Origin: an uncultured Planctomycetaceae bacterium
GTDB taxonomy: Bacteria > Planctomycetota > Planctomycetia > Planctomycetales > Planctomycetaceae
Assembly (NCBI GenBank): GCA_963813715.1
Contig: CAWFAK010000007.1
Span: 192,001-256,000 of the forward strand
Direction of reading: 5' to 3'
Length of the DNA stretch: 64,000 nt
Shown one piece after another: positions 1 through 9,727 of the stretch. The stretch's first letter is position 1, and the number at the start of each line of letters is the position of its first letter. Made by a program: the position numbers and the translations under genes. The notes under the pieces are model-generated. The model saw only the letters and a program-made list of their open reading frames with translations. It was not told the origin of the DNA and searched no databases.

Positions 1-1
1 A

Positions 2-511
2 CCGCAACCAGCGACTGGCCAAGAAACGCCGGTCCCCCGCTCCCGCCGGAGATTCGTCGCCGTCCTGGGCGGGGGGATCGCGGCGTGCGTCGGCCTGGCA
101 TACGTGGGGCTGCAGTCGTTCTACGATCCCGTCGTGCGCTGGTTCAGGCAGCGGCAGGTTCCGTTTCGGCCGATCGCGGCGATCGACGGCTTGCCCGTCG
201 GCGAATGGAAGCTGGTTCAATTCGACGCGGCGAATCCGAACGGAGCGGGCAAGACTCAAGAAGCGGTCTTCGTACGGAAATCCGCGGACGGACCCGACGC
301 GCTGCGCGTCCTTTCGCCACGCTGTCCGCACAAAGGATGTCGCGTTGCCTGGCGGACCGAGCGCACGCTCTTTGTTTGCCCGTGTCACGGCGGCACGTTC
401 GACGCGGAAGGGAAGCGGACCGCTGGACCGCCCGATGCGCCTCTGGACGACGTCAATTTTCGCGTTGAGAACGGCCAACTGCTCGTGCGTTTTGAGAGCC
501 CGCACGCCTGA
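2..511 (+). CDS. Rieske [2Fe-2S] protein with Tat-type N-terminal anchor (5' end outside window)
   Basis: CPHKGC and CPCHGG Rieske boxes. The frame is open back to base 2 and reads SRRRFVAVLGGGIAACVGLAYVGL (twin-Arg plus TM helix). Confidence 0.9.
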   Translation, partial: PQPATGQETPVPRSRRRFVAVLGGGIAACVGLAYVGLQSFYDPVVRWFRQRQVPFRPIAAIDGLPVGEWKLVQFDAANPNGAGKTQEAVFVRKSADGPDALRVLSPRCPHKGCRVAWRTERTLFVCPCHGGTFDAEGKRTAGPPDAPLDDVNFRVENGQLLVRFESPHA

Positions 512-564
512 TCGAGCCGAGATGCGTCGGCCGTCTTTGCCGGCGGGATTACGTCTCGCGGCGC

Positions 565-1860
565 TTACTTCGACGGTCGCCCCAGGTGCTGCTGGACCAG
601 CGTGACCGATTCGCGGGACCGCTCTTCTTGAATGTCCCCTTGATGCCGCAGCGCGACGACGGGCATGGCCCCGGTCCGCTTGCGTCCCTCAAGGCGCTGC
701 TGCGCCCGATAGTAGGTCAGTCCGATTCGGCGGAAGGTAAACGCCGTGAGATAAAACCCGCTGCTCCAACAGACCCATAACAGGGGAAACGCCGTGAGCG
801 GCGTCACGTGCAACTGGCCGATCGCGTAGCCGGCAACGAGCAAGTGTCCCAGGAACACGGCCGATGCCAGGACCGTCAGCCCGGCGAATTCCCAGGGCAT
901 GGTCAGCGCCGTCGCCACGACGTGCACGGGCGACGCCACCCGCACCGAGTCGTCCAGATTGGTCAACAAGAGCGCGATCAGCCACCAGCCGACGGCTGCC
1001 AGGCACAGCTCGACGAGAATCGACCAGTCGATGATCGTCAAATCGCCGCAGTAAAGCCAAAAACCCACCGCCGCCGCAAAAAGCAGCACGGGGCCGGCGA
1101 GCAGGCAGCTGAGCCAATGACCGCAGCTCACCAAGGCGCCGACCGCGGTGCAGCCGATTCCCGGCTCGTATTGGATTTTCCCGTGGCAGGCCATTTCGAG
1201 AATGGCATTGAAATAATGGAAGGTGTGCCCCAGCACGAAGAGGACGCCGCACAAGCAGACGAACAAGCAGACGACGAACTGGGCCTGATGCGGGCTATCC
1301 CGCTCCATCGACAGCCACAGGATCAGTGCGGCCGTCGTCAACACGGACTGCAGCAAGCCGAGCCGCAAAAAGATCGGCAGCTTTTCGAAAGGAAAAGCCA
1401 GGCTGTGATACCACTGCTGCTTGCTGCGATCCGAGATCAGCTTCACCCAGCGGGGCTGGGTCCGCAGCATCACGCTGTTGGGCTGATAGTCGTCGCCGTT
1501 ACAGAGCGCGCGTGTGGGAACAAACGTGGTCTTGCGACTCTTGGGAGGCTGCTTTGGCTTGATGAACGCGGTCGAGCGGCCCTCGCTGGCGAACGGATCA
1601 CCGACCGGTGCCCCCGGTTGGCCGATGGAGGGGCGGAAGGATGAGTTCGTCGCCGGCGCGGCGTCCGGGGGCGGAGTGTTGGCATCGGCCGGTCGAGGGC
1701 TCTCGCCCCGTTTCTGTTTCGCCGGTCCCAGCAATCCGAACAAGCGGGGGCGCGGAATGCTCACCGAGTTCCAGCAGGCGGGACACTGCGTGCTCCGCCC
1801 CGCCATCCAGTCGGGGGCTTTGAGACGTTTCCCACACTCGCAAACGACGTCGATCGCCAT
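565..1860 (-). CDS. Membrane protein with N-terminal zinc ribbon
   Basis: MAIDVVCECGKRLK...CPAC ribbon, Pro-rich linker, about 6 hydrophobic segments. ATG at 1860 preferred to 1926. Confidence 0.7.
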   Translation of the reverse strand: MAIDVVCECGKRLKAPDWMAGRSTQCPACWNSVSIPRPRLFGLLGPAKQKRGESPRPADANTPPPDAAPATNSSFRPSIGQPGAPVGDPFASEGRSTAFIKPKQPPKSRKTTFVPTRALCNGDDYQPNSVMLRTQPRWVKLISDRSKQQWYHSLAFPFEKLPIFLRLGLLQSVLTTAALILWLSMERDSPHQAQFVVCLFVCLCGVLFVLGHTFHYFNAILEMACHGKIQYEPGIGCTAVGALVSCGHWLSCLLAGPVLLFAAAVGFWLYCGDLTIIDWSILVELCLAAVGWWLIALLLTNLDDSVRVASPVHVVATALTMPWEFAGLTVLASAVFLGHLLVAGYAIGQLHVTPLTAFPLLWVCWSSGFYLTAFTFRRIGLTYYRAQQRLEGRKRTGAMPVVALRHQGDIQEERSRESVTLVQQHLGRPSK

Positions 1861-1953
1861 GCGCTCAGTGCTGGTTGCACTCTCGTAACGCGACGTGTGC
1901 CGCCGAACCTCCGGCGGCAGAGGCACGAATCGCTAGAGGGTCATCGTAGCGCG

Positions 1954-3364
1954 CTAGAGCTGCGGTTGCGAGTCCCGCTCTGCCGATTTCGGGGCACGCA
2001 GCGTCCGCAGGAAGGCCAACAGCTCTTCCTTTTGTTCCCACTTGAGCTGCTTATACTTGTCGGCCACGCTCTTGGCCTGTCCGGCGTGCAACTCGATGGC
2101 TTGGTTCAAGTCCGCGGCCCGGCCGTCGTGCAAATAGGGAGCGGAGTCGGCCACGCCCCACAGCGGCGGCGTCCGCCACTCGCTCGATTGAGGCGCTCCG
2201 CCCTCGGCGAAGTCGGGCAGGTTCGGCGGCAAGTCGCCATACGTCCCGCCGCCGACCAGCGTCTGCCCCATGCGATGCAGCAGCAGATCGCTGTAAATTC
2301 CCTTGGCCGGGCCGACGTCTTGCTTGTGGCAATCGGAGCAGCCGATCAGGTCAAAACGCTTTTTGCCTTCGGCGGCCTGGCGCCTGCGCAGGTGAATCGG
2401 GCACTTCTTCGACCGGATGGCCGAGCGTGCCGACATACGCCGTCAGCTGATCGCACTGCTCGTTGGTCAGATCGAGACCCGGAGCCTTGTAATCGCGCTT
2501 GGCCATCGACACGGGCTGCGGCTGGCTTGGATTGCCGAGACCCAGCTCGTTCGCGCAGGCGGCCCGCACGAAGCCTCCCAGCGTCGTCGTCTGGGCTTTC
2601 CAGCCGAACCGACCGACGTGCCCGTCGACCAGTCGCAGCGCGCGACCGACCGGGTAATCGTCGGTGTCGGAGTCGGCGAGCGCCCACTTGAGGCGCTCAG
2701 CCCGTTCGTTGGCGATGATCGTCTCGTCCGGAATCGCGTCGATCAGATCGGCCCCGAACAGGGCCGGCGTGTTACGTTGCGACACGTCCATCCCGGTGAC
2801 GATGCCGATATTGGGGGCCGTCGTGCAATCGCGCTGCACCTTCGGCAACAAGTCGCTCAGCGGAGGCGGCGGGCTCGACTTCGGGAACGTCGGCGCCAGG
2901 AGGAACAGCGTTTCGGCAAATTGGTCATCCGTGGCGAACTTATGAACGACGCCCTGCCGCGAGCCCTTCGCGGTTCCGCTGGTTTGGGCCGGGGCCGCCT
3001 GCTGATTGCGGGTGTTGCGGAGCGCGCGATTCGCCGCGTCGCGGGCGTCCTCGACCGGATTGTCGATCTGCGTGAAGGTGGTCACGTTATTTTCGAGCGG
3101 ACCGCCGCCGCCGAGACCGGCCTGCTTGTGGCACTGTGAGCACGACTTGGCGTTGAACACGGGGCCCAACCCATCGCCGCCGCCGGCCAGCGGATCGTTG
3201 GGGGTCCACTCGTGAACGAACAGGTCACGACCGGCGGTCGCCGCCGCCACGTCATAGTGCGTTTGGGGCGTGGCCCGGACCAACCAGGAAGCTCCGCGGT
3301 AAGCGAAGGGGAGCACCAGCAGCACAGGAATAATCACCCGGAGCGAACCGAACGACCGCTTCAT
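1954..3364 (-). CDS. Di-heme oxidoreductase family protein (DUF1111-like), frameshifted near 2400
   Basis: GDGLGPVFNAKSCSQCH and GRFGWKA in ORF 2351..3418; GCSDCH, YSDLLLH and WRTPPLWG..PYLHDGRA in ORF 1954..2436. Confidence 0.85.
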
Positions 3365-3572
3365 GACCCTCTCCCCAATCCCGGTAATGCCACACGCCAC
3401 CGACCGAACTGCCACCACAACTACCGCTCCCTAAGAGGGGGCCGGTGGGACTTTTTTGTCTATCGGACTTTCCGGCCGACTTTGGGGGCAGACTCTCAGT
3501 CGAATTTTCTGCACGATTTTGCAGCCTGCGGCTGGGCGGCGACCTCGAGATTAGCGCTAAACCGTCTTCCGG

Positions 3573-3767
3573 CTACGTCTTACGCCGTTTCTTCCGGGCC
3601 AGCTCTTGTTCGGCGGCTTCCAAGAGGACTTTTCGCGCCCAGCGCGATGAATTGCTCTCCCCGGCCGATTCGGCTGCTGAATCGACCTGCTGGCGCTCTT
3701 CGTCCGTCATGCGGATGCGAAACGGCTTGTCCCGGCGCTCTTCATCGGACAGAGGTTTCCTTCCCAT
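3573..3767 (-). CDS. Small ribbon-helix-helix-like DNA-binding protein
   Basis: MGRKPL...FRIRMTDEERQQVDSAAESAG..SSRWARKVLL matches the beta-strand plus two-helix RHH pattern. Start at 3767 or 3785. Confidence 0.65.
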   Translation of the reverse strand: MGRKPLSDEERRDKPFRIRMTDEERQQVDSAAESAGESNSSRWARKVLLEAAEQELARKKRRKT

Positions 3768-3830
3768 CCGCGTCAGTGTTGCCACGATTTTTCTCCCGTC
3801 AACCTAAAACATGTAGCCACGTCTATTGCC

Positions 3831-4034
3831 TGGAGCCTGTTCTCTCGGGCCTTGATGGGCAGTTTTCATCACGTCAGCCGCAAGCACCTGCATCGGTATC
3901 TTTCGGAATTCGAGAGCCGGTTTAACTCGCGGCGTGAGGATTTGGGGCATTTCCTTGATCGCGTGCTTGCTCAGGCGGAAGGCCGGCAGCTATCGCACGG
4001 GGCGCTGGTTGGCCAAAAGATTACGCCAGCTTGA
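3831..4034 (+). pseudogene. IS1595-family (ISXO2-like) transposase C-terminal remnant
   Basis: WSLFSRALMGSFHHVSRKHLHRYLSEFESRFN matches the conserved IS1595 transposase C-terminus. The N-terminal part is absent. Confidence 0.85.
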
Positions 4035-5184
4035 CTTCATCCCTTCCATCTTCGTGCCTCATGGTCCTGAATCGCTTTTCGTCGGGCCGCCCATTGGGCG
4101 CAAAGGCGCGAAGGTTAATTTCGTAGTCAGTACCCAGCGTTCCATATGAATCCATGCCACCGGGGCCATCGTGTCGAGCGTAAATGAAAATGCAGGTTTC
4201 TTCGATCTTGCAAAAATCAAAGAAGCGATGCCCTTTCCCGCTTATGTCAATCGTGCTCAGGTTCGTTTCAGACACACGTAAGCGCGGCGTCCCTGAAAGC
4301 CTGGGCTCAGTAAATTTTGGGCTCGATTCCACAATTTCGAGTGTTGCAGTAGTGGTGACTTCCAAATTGTTGATGACGCGAATTCTCCAGCCGCGCCAGC
4401 CACGAACCGGGACAGGGTCAATTGACACTGGCGACAGATCGTCGGGCAATTTTTCGGCCGTCGCCTGCGGGGTGCGTGGCTGCGTGATTCTTAAATCATC
4501 CTCGGTCAGATTGTTGAGGAGCGCCAGTAAGTGATAAATCGCGACGGGGCGCGAGTTGTCCTCTCGGCTAATACTTTCGATCCTTCTGATGAATCGGTTT
4601 GTCGCGCTGCCTTTGCACAGTTCTGACAGCATCGCATCCATGCGTTCAACCCACTTTTCCCATTCACCGCTCTTGTGTCCTGAAGGAAATTCCGGAACCC
4701 GATCAATCTCGATTTCGATTAGGGCTTTGGCCCCCTCTAGGCCACCCAATTTCACGGCGGCCGCGCGTCTGCCTTGCGGAGTTTCGGCAGCCTTTCGCGC
4801 TTCATGCCTACCCCGAAATTCGGCTTCCGCCAAATCAGCCAAGTTCAGATTCGCGACAGATTTAATGGCTTCGATCGTCCGCTCCAAATGCGGATGTTGA
4901 GCCTGGGCAGGCTTCCCTTTGACGAATATGCGGCGACGAATCCAACCCCAAGGTATCCACAGGCCTAGAAACAGCGCGCCTCCAACGATTCCCGCCACAA
5001 TTTTGACCCAGTTGTGCGCCACTGCATTCACAAACCATTCCGTGTTGTCCCATGAGGACGCGGCATCTTTAATGACGGACTTGCTGGTGAATGCGATGTA
5101 CACCAAAAGAAGGCTGACAACGGTGCCGACCGTCTGGCGCACGACGCTGATGCGCGGCAACCGGAGCTGGAAGAATTCACGCAT
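4021..5184 (-). CDS. Hypothetical protein with two N-terminal TM segments (probable passenger gene)
   Basis: 387-aa ORF, visibly more AT-rich than its flanks. Its 3' end overlaps the IS1595 remnant. Confidence 0.65.
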   Translation of the reverse strand: MREFFQLRLPRISVVRQTVGTVVSLLLVYIAFTSKSVIKDAASSWDNTEWFVNAVAHNWVKIVAGIVGGALFLGLWIPWGWIRRRIFVKGKPAQAQHPHLERTIEAIKSVANLNLADLAEAEFRGRHEARKAAETPQGRRAAAVKLGGLEGAKALIEIEIDRVPEFPSGHKSGEWEKWVERMDAMLSELCKGSATNRFIRRIESISREDNSRPVAIYHLLALLNNLTEDDLRITQPRTPQATAEKLPDDLSPVSIDPVPVRGWRGWRIRVINNLEVTTTATLEIVESSPKFTEPRLSGTPRLRVSETNLSTIDISGKGHRFFDFCKIEETCIFIYARHDGPGGMDSYGTLGTDYEINLRAFAPNGRPDEKRFRTMRHEDGRDEVKLA

Positions 5185-5389
5185 GCCGCCACTCTAACAA
5201 AACGTGGCCACATGTGCAGGCGTCGCGTGTTGCTCATGCTTCGCAGCTTTCGTAAACTAGGTGCAGTAAGCCGCAAAATTGCCAAATACGTTTAACCGCC
5301 CGCCGATATCCCTCCTCGCTCTCGCTGCTGAGCGACCCCAACCGTTAGCCGCCTGGTTTTGTTAGCCGGGCCATCTGCTTAGGTGAGAT

Positions 5390-7951
5390 TTGCTCCCGAC
5401 CCGCCCGCCTGCGAGTTGGACCGTTGCGTGCGATTGCGCGCCGAAGCGGCGTGACAATCCTCGCACGCCGATCGGCCGGCGGACGCTGATCGGCGGCGGA
5501 TTGCTGGCCCTGATCGCCGCTGGCCTCGTCTGGCAGGCGGTGGGCCGGAGGGCAATCGGCGGCGACCAGCAACGACCGCCGTCCGAAAAGCCTTCGACCG
5601 CCCCGGCAGCCGCGGCCCCGATCGAACCCGCGCGGGCCTATCGCGAAACGATTCAGCCACTCGTCCGCAAATACTGCGTCGATTGTCACAGCAACGACAA
5701 CGTCAACGGCGGCGTGAATTTCGACAGTTTTTCCGATCTCTCGTCCGCCGTTGCCAGCCGCAAGACGTGGGACAAAGTCCGCAAGATGCTCGAGACCGGC
5801 GCGATGCCGCCGGCCGAACATCCGACACGACCCAACGAAGCCGAGGTGGCCGCCCTGCTCCGCGGCATCAATCAGTCGGTCTTCGACGACGACTGCGGCA
5901 AGTCTCACGATCCCGGTCATGTCACGATTCGGCGGCTGAATCGCGCCGAGTACAACAACACGATCCACGACCTGCTGGGCGTCTCGCTGCGGCCCGCCGA
6001 CGAATTTCCGTCCGACGACGTCGGCAACGGCTTCGACAACCAAGGCGACGTGCTGTCGATTTCGCCCCTGTTGATGGAGCGATATCTGACCGCTGCCGAG
6101 CGCGTTTCTTCCGTGGCGCTGTTCGGCGTCGATTTGAAAGCCCCGCCGATCGACCGCATCGAGATCCGCAAGCTCGCTACGCAAGGCTCGGCGCAGTTGG
6201 ACCGCAAGAAGTACGCGCGGGACAAGTACGTGTGGCTGCCCTCGGCGGGCTCGGTAAACGGCACGTTTCGCTGCCGCATGCAGGGCGAGTACGTGCTGCG
6301 CGTGATCGCCGTGGCCCGGCAAGCCGGGAACGAACGGCCGCGGCTCGAGGTGCAGATCGACGACCAACCGCGACAGGTTTTTCAGTTGAGGGGCAACAAC
6401 GCTCCCGACCGCTACGAAGTGCGGACGCAGCTCGCCAGCGGTCTCCACAAGTTTTCGGCCGCTTTCACCAACTCGCTCACCGAGCCGCCGGCTCCGCCCG
6501 CATTGCCACTGGTCGCGACGGCTCACACGAAGAAGAAAAAAGTCGTCCGACAACGGCTGGCGCGCGAACTCGAGCTGGAACGGTTTGAGGTCGAAGGCCC
6601 GTTCTCGATCGATGAACACGACCCGGCACTCGCGACGATCGAGACCCGCAACCGTATTTTGTCGCAGTCGACGGAAGCTGATGGTTCGGTGTCCGAGCGG
6701 GCGAATCGCATTCTCACCCGTATCGCGACGCGGGCCTTCCGCCGGCCGGTGAACAGCATCGAAATCAAACCGTACGTCGAATTGGCCGTCGCGTCGGCAC
6801 CGGGCGCTTCGCTCGATCGCGTCGTTCAAACGGGGCTGACGGCGATCCTGGTTTCGCCGCATTTCCTGTTTCGCGTCGAGCAGCCGGGAAGTCCGACTGA
6901 GGGCAAAGACGCGGTGCCGATCAGCGCGTTCGAGCTCGCCTCGCGGCTCTCCTACTTCCTTTGGAGCAGCATGCCGGACGACGAGCTGTTTCGCCTGGCT
7001 GGCGACGGCAGCCTCGAGCGGCCCGACATATTGGCGGCCCAGGTCCGCCGCATGCTCAAAGACAAGAAGTCGCAGGCGCTCGTCAGCAACTTTGCCGCCC
7101 AGTGGCTCAACCTGGGATTGTTGGATTTGGCGCGGCCCAACCCGAGAGTTTTCGACGCGTTCGACGGCGAATTGCAGAAGGACATGCGTCGCGAGACGGA
7201 TCTCTTCTTCCAGAGCCTGGTCCGCGACGACCGCCGCGTGCTCGATCTGCTCAACGGAAAATACACGTTTCTCAACGAGCGGTTGGCGAAGTTCTACGAC
7301 GTCAAAGGAGTGACAGGCGACGAATTCCGTGAAGTGTCGCTCGAGGGGCTGCCCCGTGCGGGCGTGCTGACGCAGGCGAGCATCCTCACGCTGACTTCGC
7401 AGCGCACGCGGACCTCGCCGGTCAAGCGGGGCAAATGGATCCTCGAAACCTTTTTGGGCGAGGCGCCGCCCCCGCCGCCGGCCAACGTCCCCGAGCTCTC
7501 CGAGACGCAAAAGTCCAATCCCAAGGCGTCTTTACGCGACCAGCTGGCGCTGCACCGCACGAGCGCCTCGTGCGCGGTTTGTCACAAAATTATGGATCCG
7601 CTGGGACTCGGACTGGAGAATTTCGACGGGATCGGCCGATGGCGCGAGAAGGAGAAAGATCATCCCATCGACGCCAGTGGCAGCCTGCCCGGCGGCGAAT
7701 CGTTTCGCGGGCCGGTCGAGCTGATCGGCGTGCTGAGCAAACGCCAGGACGCCTTTCGGCGGCACTTCGCCGAGACGCTCCTGGCGTATGCGCTGGGCCG
7801 CGGAATGGAGTATTATGATCGCTGCGCGATCGACCGGATCGTGGACGGCACGCGTCGCGGCGACGACCGTTTTTCGGCATTAGTCACCCAGATCGTCGAG
7901 AGCGATCCGTTTCTCTTGCGACGCGGAGGCGGGAACCGGAATGACCGATAA
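5390..7951 (+). CDS. Planctomycete cytochrome c / DUF1587-DUF1595-DUF1592-DUF1588-DUF1585 protein
   Basis: CVDCH, RRLNRAEYNNTIHDLLG, ELASRLSYFLWSSMPD, TSPVKRGKWIL, CAVCH..DPLGLGLENFD. Start uncertain. Confidence 0.9.
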   Translation: MLPTRPPASWTVACDCAPKRRDNPRTPIGRRTLIGGGLLALIAAGLVWQAVGRRAIGGDQQRPPSEKPSTAPAAAAPIEPARAYRETIQPLVRKYCVDCHSNDNVNGGVNFDSFSDLSSAVASRKTWDKVRKMLETGAMPPAEHPTRPNEAEVAALLRGINQSVFDDDCGKSHDPGHVTIRRLNRAEYNNTIHDLLGVSLRPADEFPSDDVGNGFDNQGDVLSISPLLMERYLTAAERVSSVALFGVDLKAPPIDRIEIRKLATQGSAQLDRKKYARDKYVWLPSAGSVNGTFRCRMQGEYVLRVIAVARQAGNERPRLEVQIDDQPRQVFQLRGNNAPDRYEVRTQLASGLHKFSAAFTNSLTEPPAPPALPLVATAHTKKKKVVRQRLARELELERFEVEGPFSIDEHDPALATIETRNRILSQSTEADGSVSERANRILTRIATRAFRRPVNSIEIKPYVELAVASAPGASLDRVVQTGLTAILVSPHFLFRVEQPGSPTEGKDAVPISAFELASRLSYFLWSSMPDDELFRLAGDGSLERPDILAAQVRRMLKDKKSQALVSNFAAQWLNLGLLDLARPNPRVFDAFDGELQKDMRRETDLFFQSLVRDDRRVLDLLNGKYTFLNERLAKFYDVKGVTGDEFREVSLEGLPRAGVLTQASILTLTSQRTRTSPVKRGKWILETFLGEAPPPPPANVPELSETQKSNPKASLRDQLALHRTSASCAVCHKIMDPLGLGLENFDGIGRWREKEKDHPIDASGSLPGGESFRGPVELIGVLSKRQDAFRRHFAETLLAYALGRGMEYYDRCAIDRIVDGTRRGDDRFSALVTQIVESDPFLLRRGGGNRNDR

Positions 7952-9365
7952 CAAGTCACACGCCAACAAGTCCAACACGGTCGACAGCCAGCTCGGGTCG
8001 CTTGCCAAAGCGGGGCTGCAACGTCGCACGTTCCTCCGCGGCGCCGGGGTGGCGCTGGCGCTCCCTTGGCTCGAAGCCATGCTGCCCCGCTCTCTCGGTG
8101 CGGCCGCCGTCGGCAAGGGTGCGGTCAGCAAAGCCCTGGCGAAGCCGCCCGTCCGCATGGCCTTTCTCTTCACGCCCAACGGCGTGATCCCCTCAGCCTG
8201 GGAGCCGAAAGAGGGCGGCGCGAACTTCACCCTCTCACCCACGCTCGAGCCGTTGGCCCCCGTAAAAAGCGAAGTTATGGTGCTGAGCGGCCTGTCGCAG
8301 CATCGGGCTTACGCGCTCGGCGACGGAGCCGGCGATCATGCTCGCTCCGCCTCAGCGTTCCTGACCGGCGCGCATCCGTACAAAACGTCCGGCGCCAACA
8401 TTCGCGTGGGCGTATCGGTCGACCAGATCGCAGCGGCCAGGATCGGCCATCACACGCCGCTGCCGTCGCTGGAATTGGGCATCGACCGCAGTGCGACCGC
8501 GGGGAATTGCGATTCGGGTTACAGCTGTGCCTATTCGTCGTGCATCTCCTGGAAGACGCCGACGACCCCGATGGCCAAAGAGGTGAATCCCAAGCTCGTC
8601 TTCGAACGGATGTTCGGCAATGCCAACGTCGCTCCGCAAGAACGGGAACGCCGGAACTTCCTGCGGAAGAGCATTCTCGACCTCGTGCGGGACGACTCGG
8701 ATCGGCTCAACAAAAAGCTGGGGCTGGTCGACCGACACAAGATGGATGAATACACGACCGGCGTCCGCGAGCTGGAGCAGCGAATCGAGCTGGCCGGACA
8801 GGCCGCCGCTCGCCGACCGGCCGCCGCCACCGCACCGGTGGGCATTCCCGACGACTTCGCCAAGCACGTCGAGCTGATGTTCGACCTCTTGGCTCTGGCC
8901 TTCCAGACCGACATGACCCGCGTGGCCACCTTCATGTTCGGCAACGAGGGGAGCAACCGTGGCTACCCGATGGTCGGCGCCAAAGACGGGCACCATGCCC
9001 TCTCGCACCATCGCAACAACAAGGACATGATCGCCCAGATCAAGAAGATCGATCGCTATCTCGTCGGACATTACGCGGCCTTCCTCGGCAAGCTCCGCTC
9101 GATTCGCGAGGGGGAAGGAACGCTGTTGGACAATTGCATGGTGCTTTACGGCAGCGGCATCAAGGACGGCAACGCTCACTCGCACAACGATCTGCCGATC
9201 CTGCTGGCCGGTCGCGCCGGCGGCACGATCCGCCCCGGGCGCCACGTGCAGCTGCCGAAAGAGACTCCGCTCAACAATCTCTTCCTGGCCATGCTCGATC
9301 GCGTCGGCGCCGGCACCTCGCAGGTCGGCGACAGTACCGGTGCGGTCCACGGCCTCGACGGCTAG
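7941..9365 (+). CDS. DUF1552 (HXXSHH) protein, Tat substrate
   Basis: RRTFLRGAG twin-Arg signal and HHALSHH motif. Overlaps the stop of its usual DUF1592 partner. Confidence 0.9.
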   Translation: MTDNKSHANKSNTVDSQLGSLAKAGLQRRTFLRGAGVALALPWLEAMLPRSLGAAAVGKGAVSKALAKPPVRMAFLFTPNGVIPSAWEPKEGGANFTLSPTLEPLAPVKSEVMVLSGLSQHRAYALGDGAGDHARSASAFLTGAHPYKTSGANIRVGVSVDQIAAARIGHHTPLPSLELGIDRSATAGNCDSGYSCAYSSCISWKTPTTPMAKEVNPKLVFERMFGNANVAPQERERRNFLRKSILDLVRDDSDRLNKKLGLVDRHKMDEYTTGVRELEQRIELAGQAAARRPAAATAPVGIPDDFAKHVELMFDLLALAFQTDMTRVATFMFGNEGSNRGYPMVGAKDGHHALSHHRNNKDMIAQIKKIDRYLVGHYAAFLGKLRSIREGEGTLLDNCMVLYGSGIKDGNAHSHNDLPILLAGRAGGTIRPGRHVQLPKETPLNNLFLAMLDRVGAGTSQVGDSTGAVHGLDG

Positions 9366-9727
9366 CCGAGCCGGTAAAGAGCAAAGCGACGGTACGCCGA
9401 AGTGCGCCCTCTCGCGGTGAGCTCTCGAAGGTTCCCTCCGACACCCTGGCGAGCAACAGTCGGAAGTTATTTTTCCAGCAGGGCTGCGCTCATTCGCCAT
9501 CGCTCGTGCGCGCGCTATTTCTTTGCGTCGCGAGAAAATCGCCGATATGATGAACCCGCTGTGATGCGGGATTTCTTCAGGTCCTTCGTGACAGATCTTC
9601 GTCTCGCTCTCTTACGCCGCGATCATGGGATTTGCGGTGTTTCCTTTGACATTGTTTCATTTGGCCCTGTCTCACATTTGGCCCGGTTTCATTTGACGTT
9701 GTTCGATCACGAAGGAGCTTTCCAGCC

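Noticed and set aside
3530..5390. Terminal inverted repeats for the IS1595 remnant (TAGCCGG-containing segments near 3570 and 5363)
   Set aside because: The match is too short and no target-site duplication could be identified.
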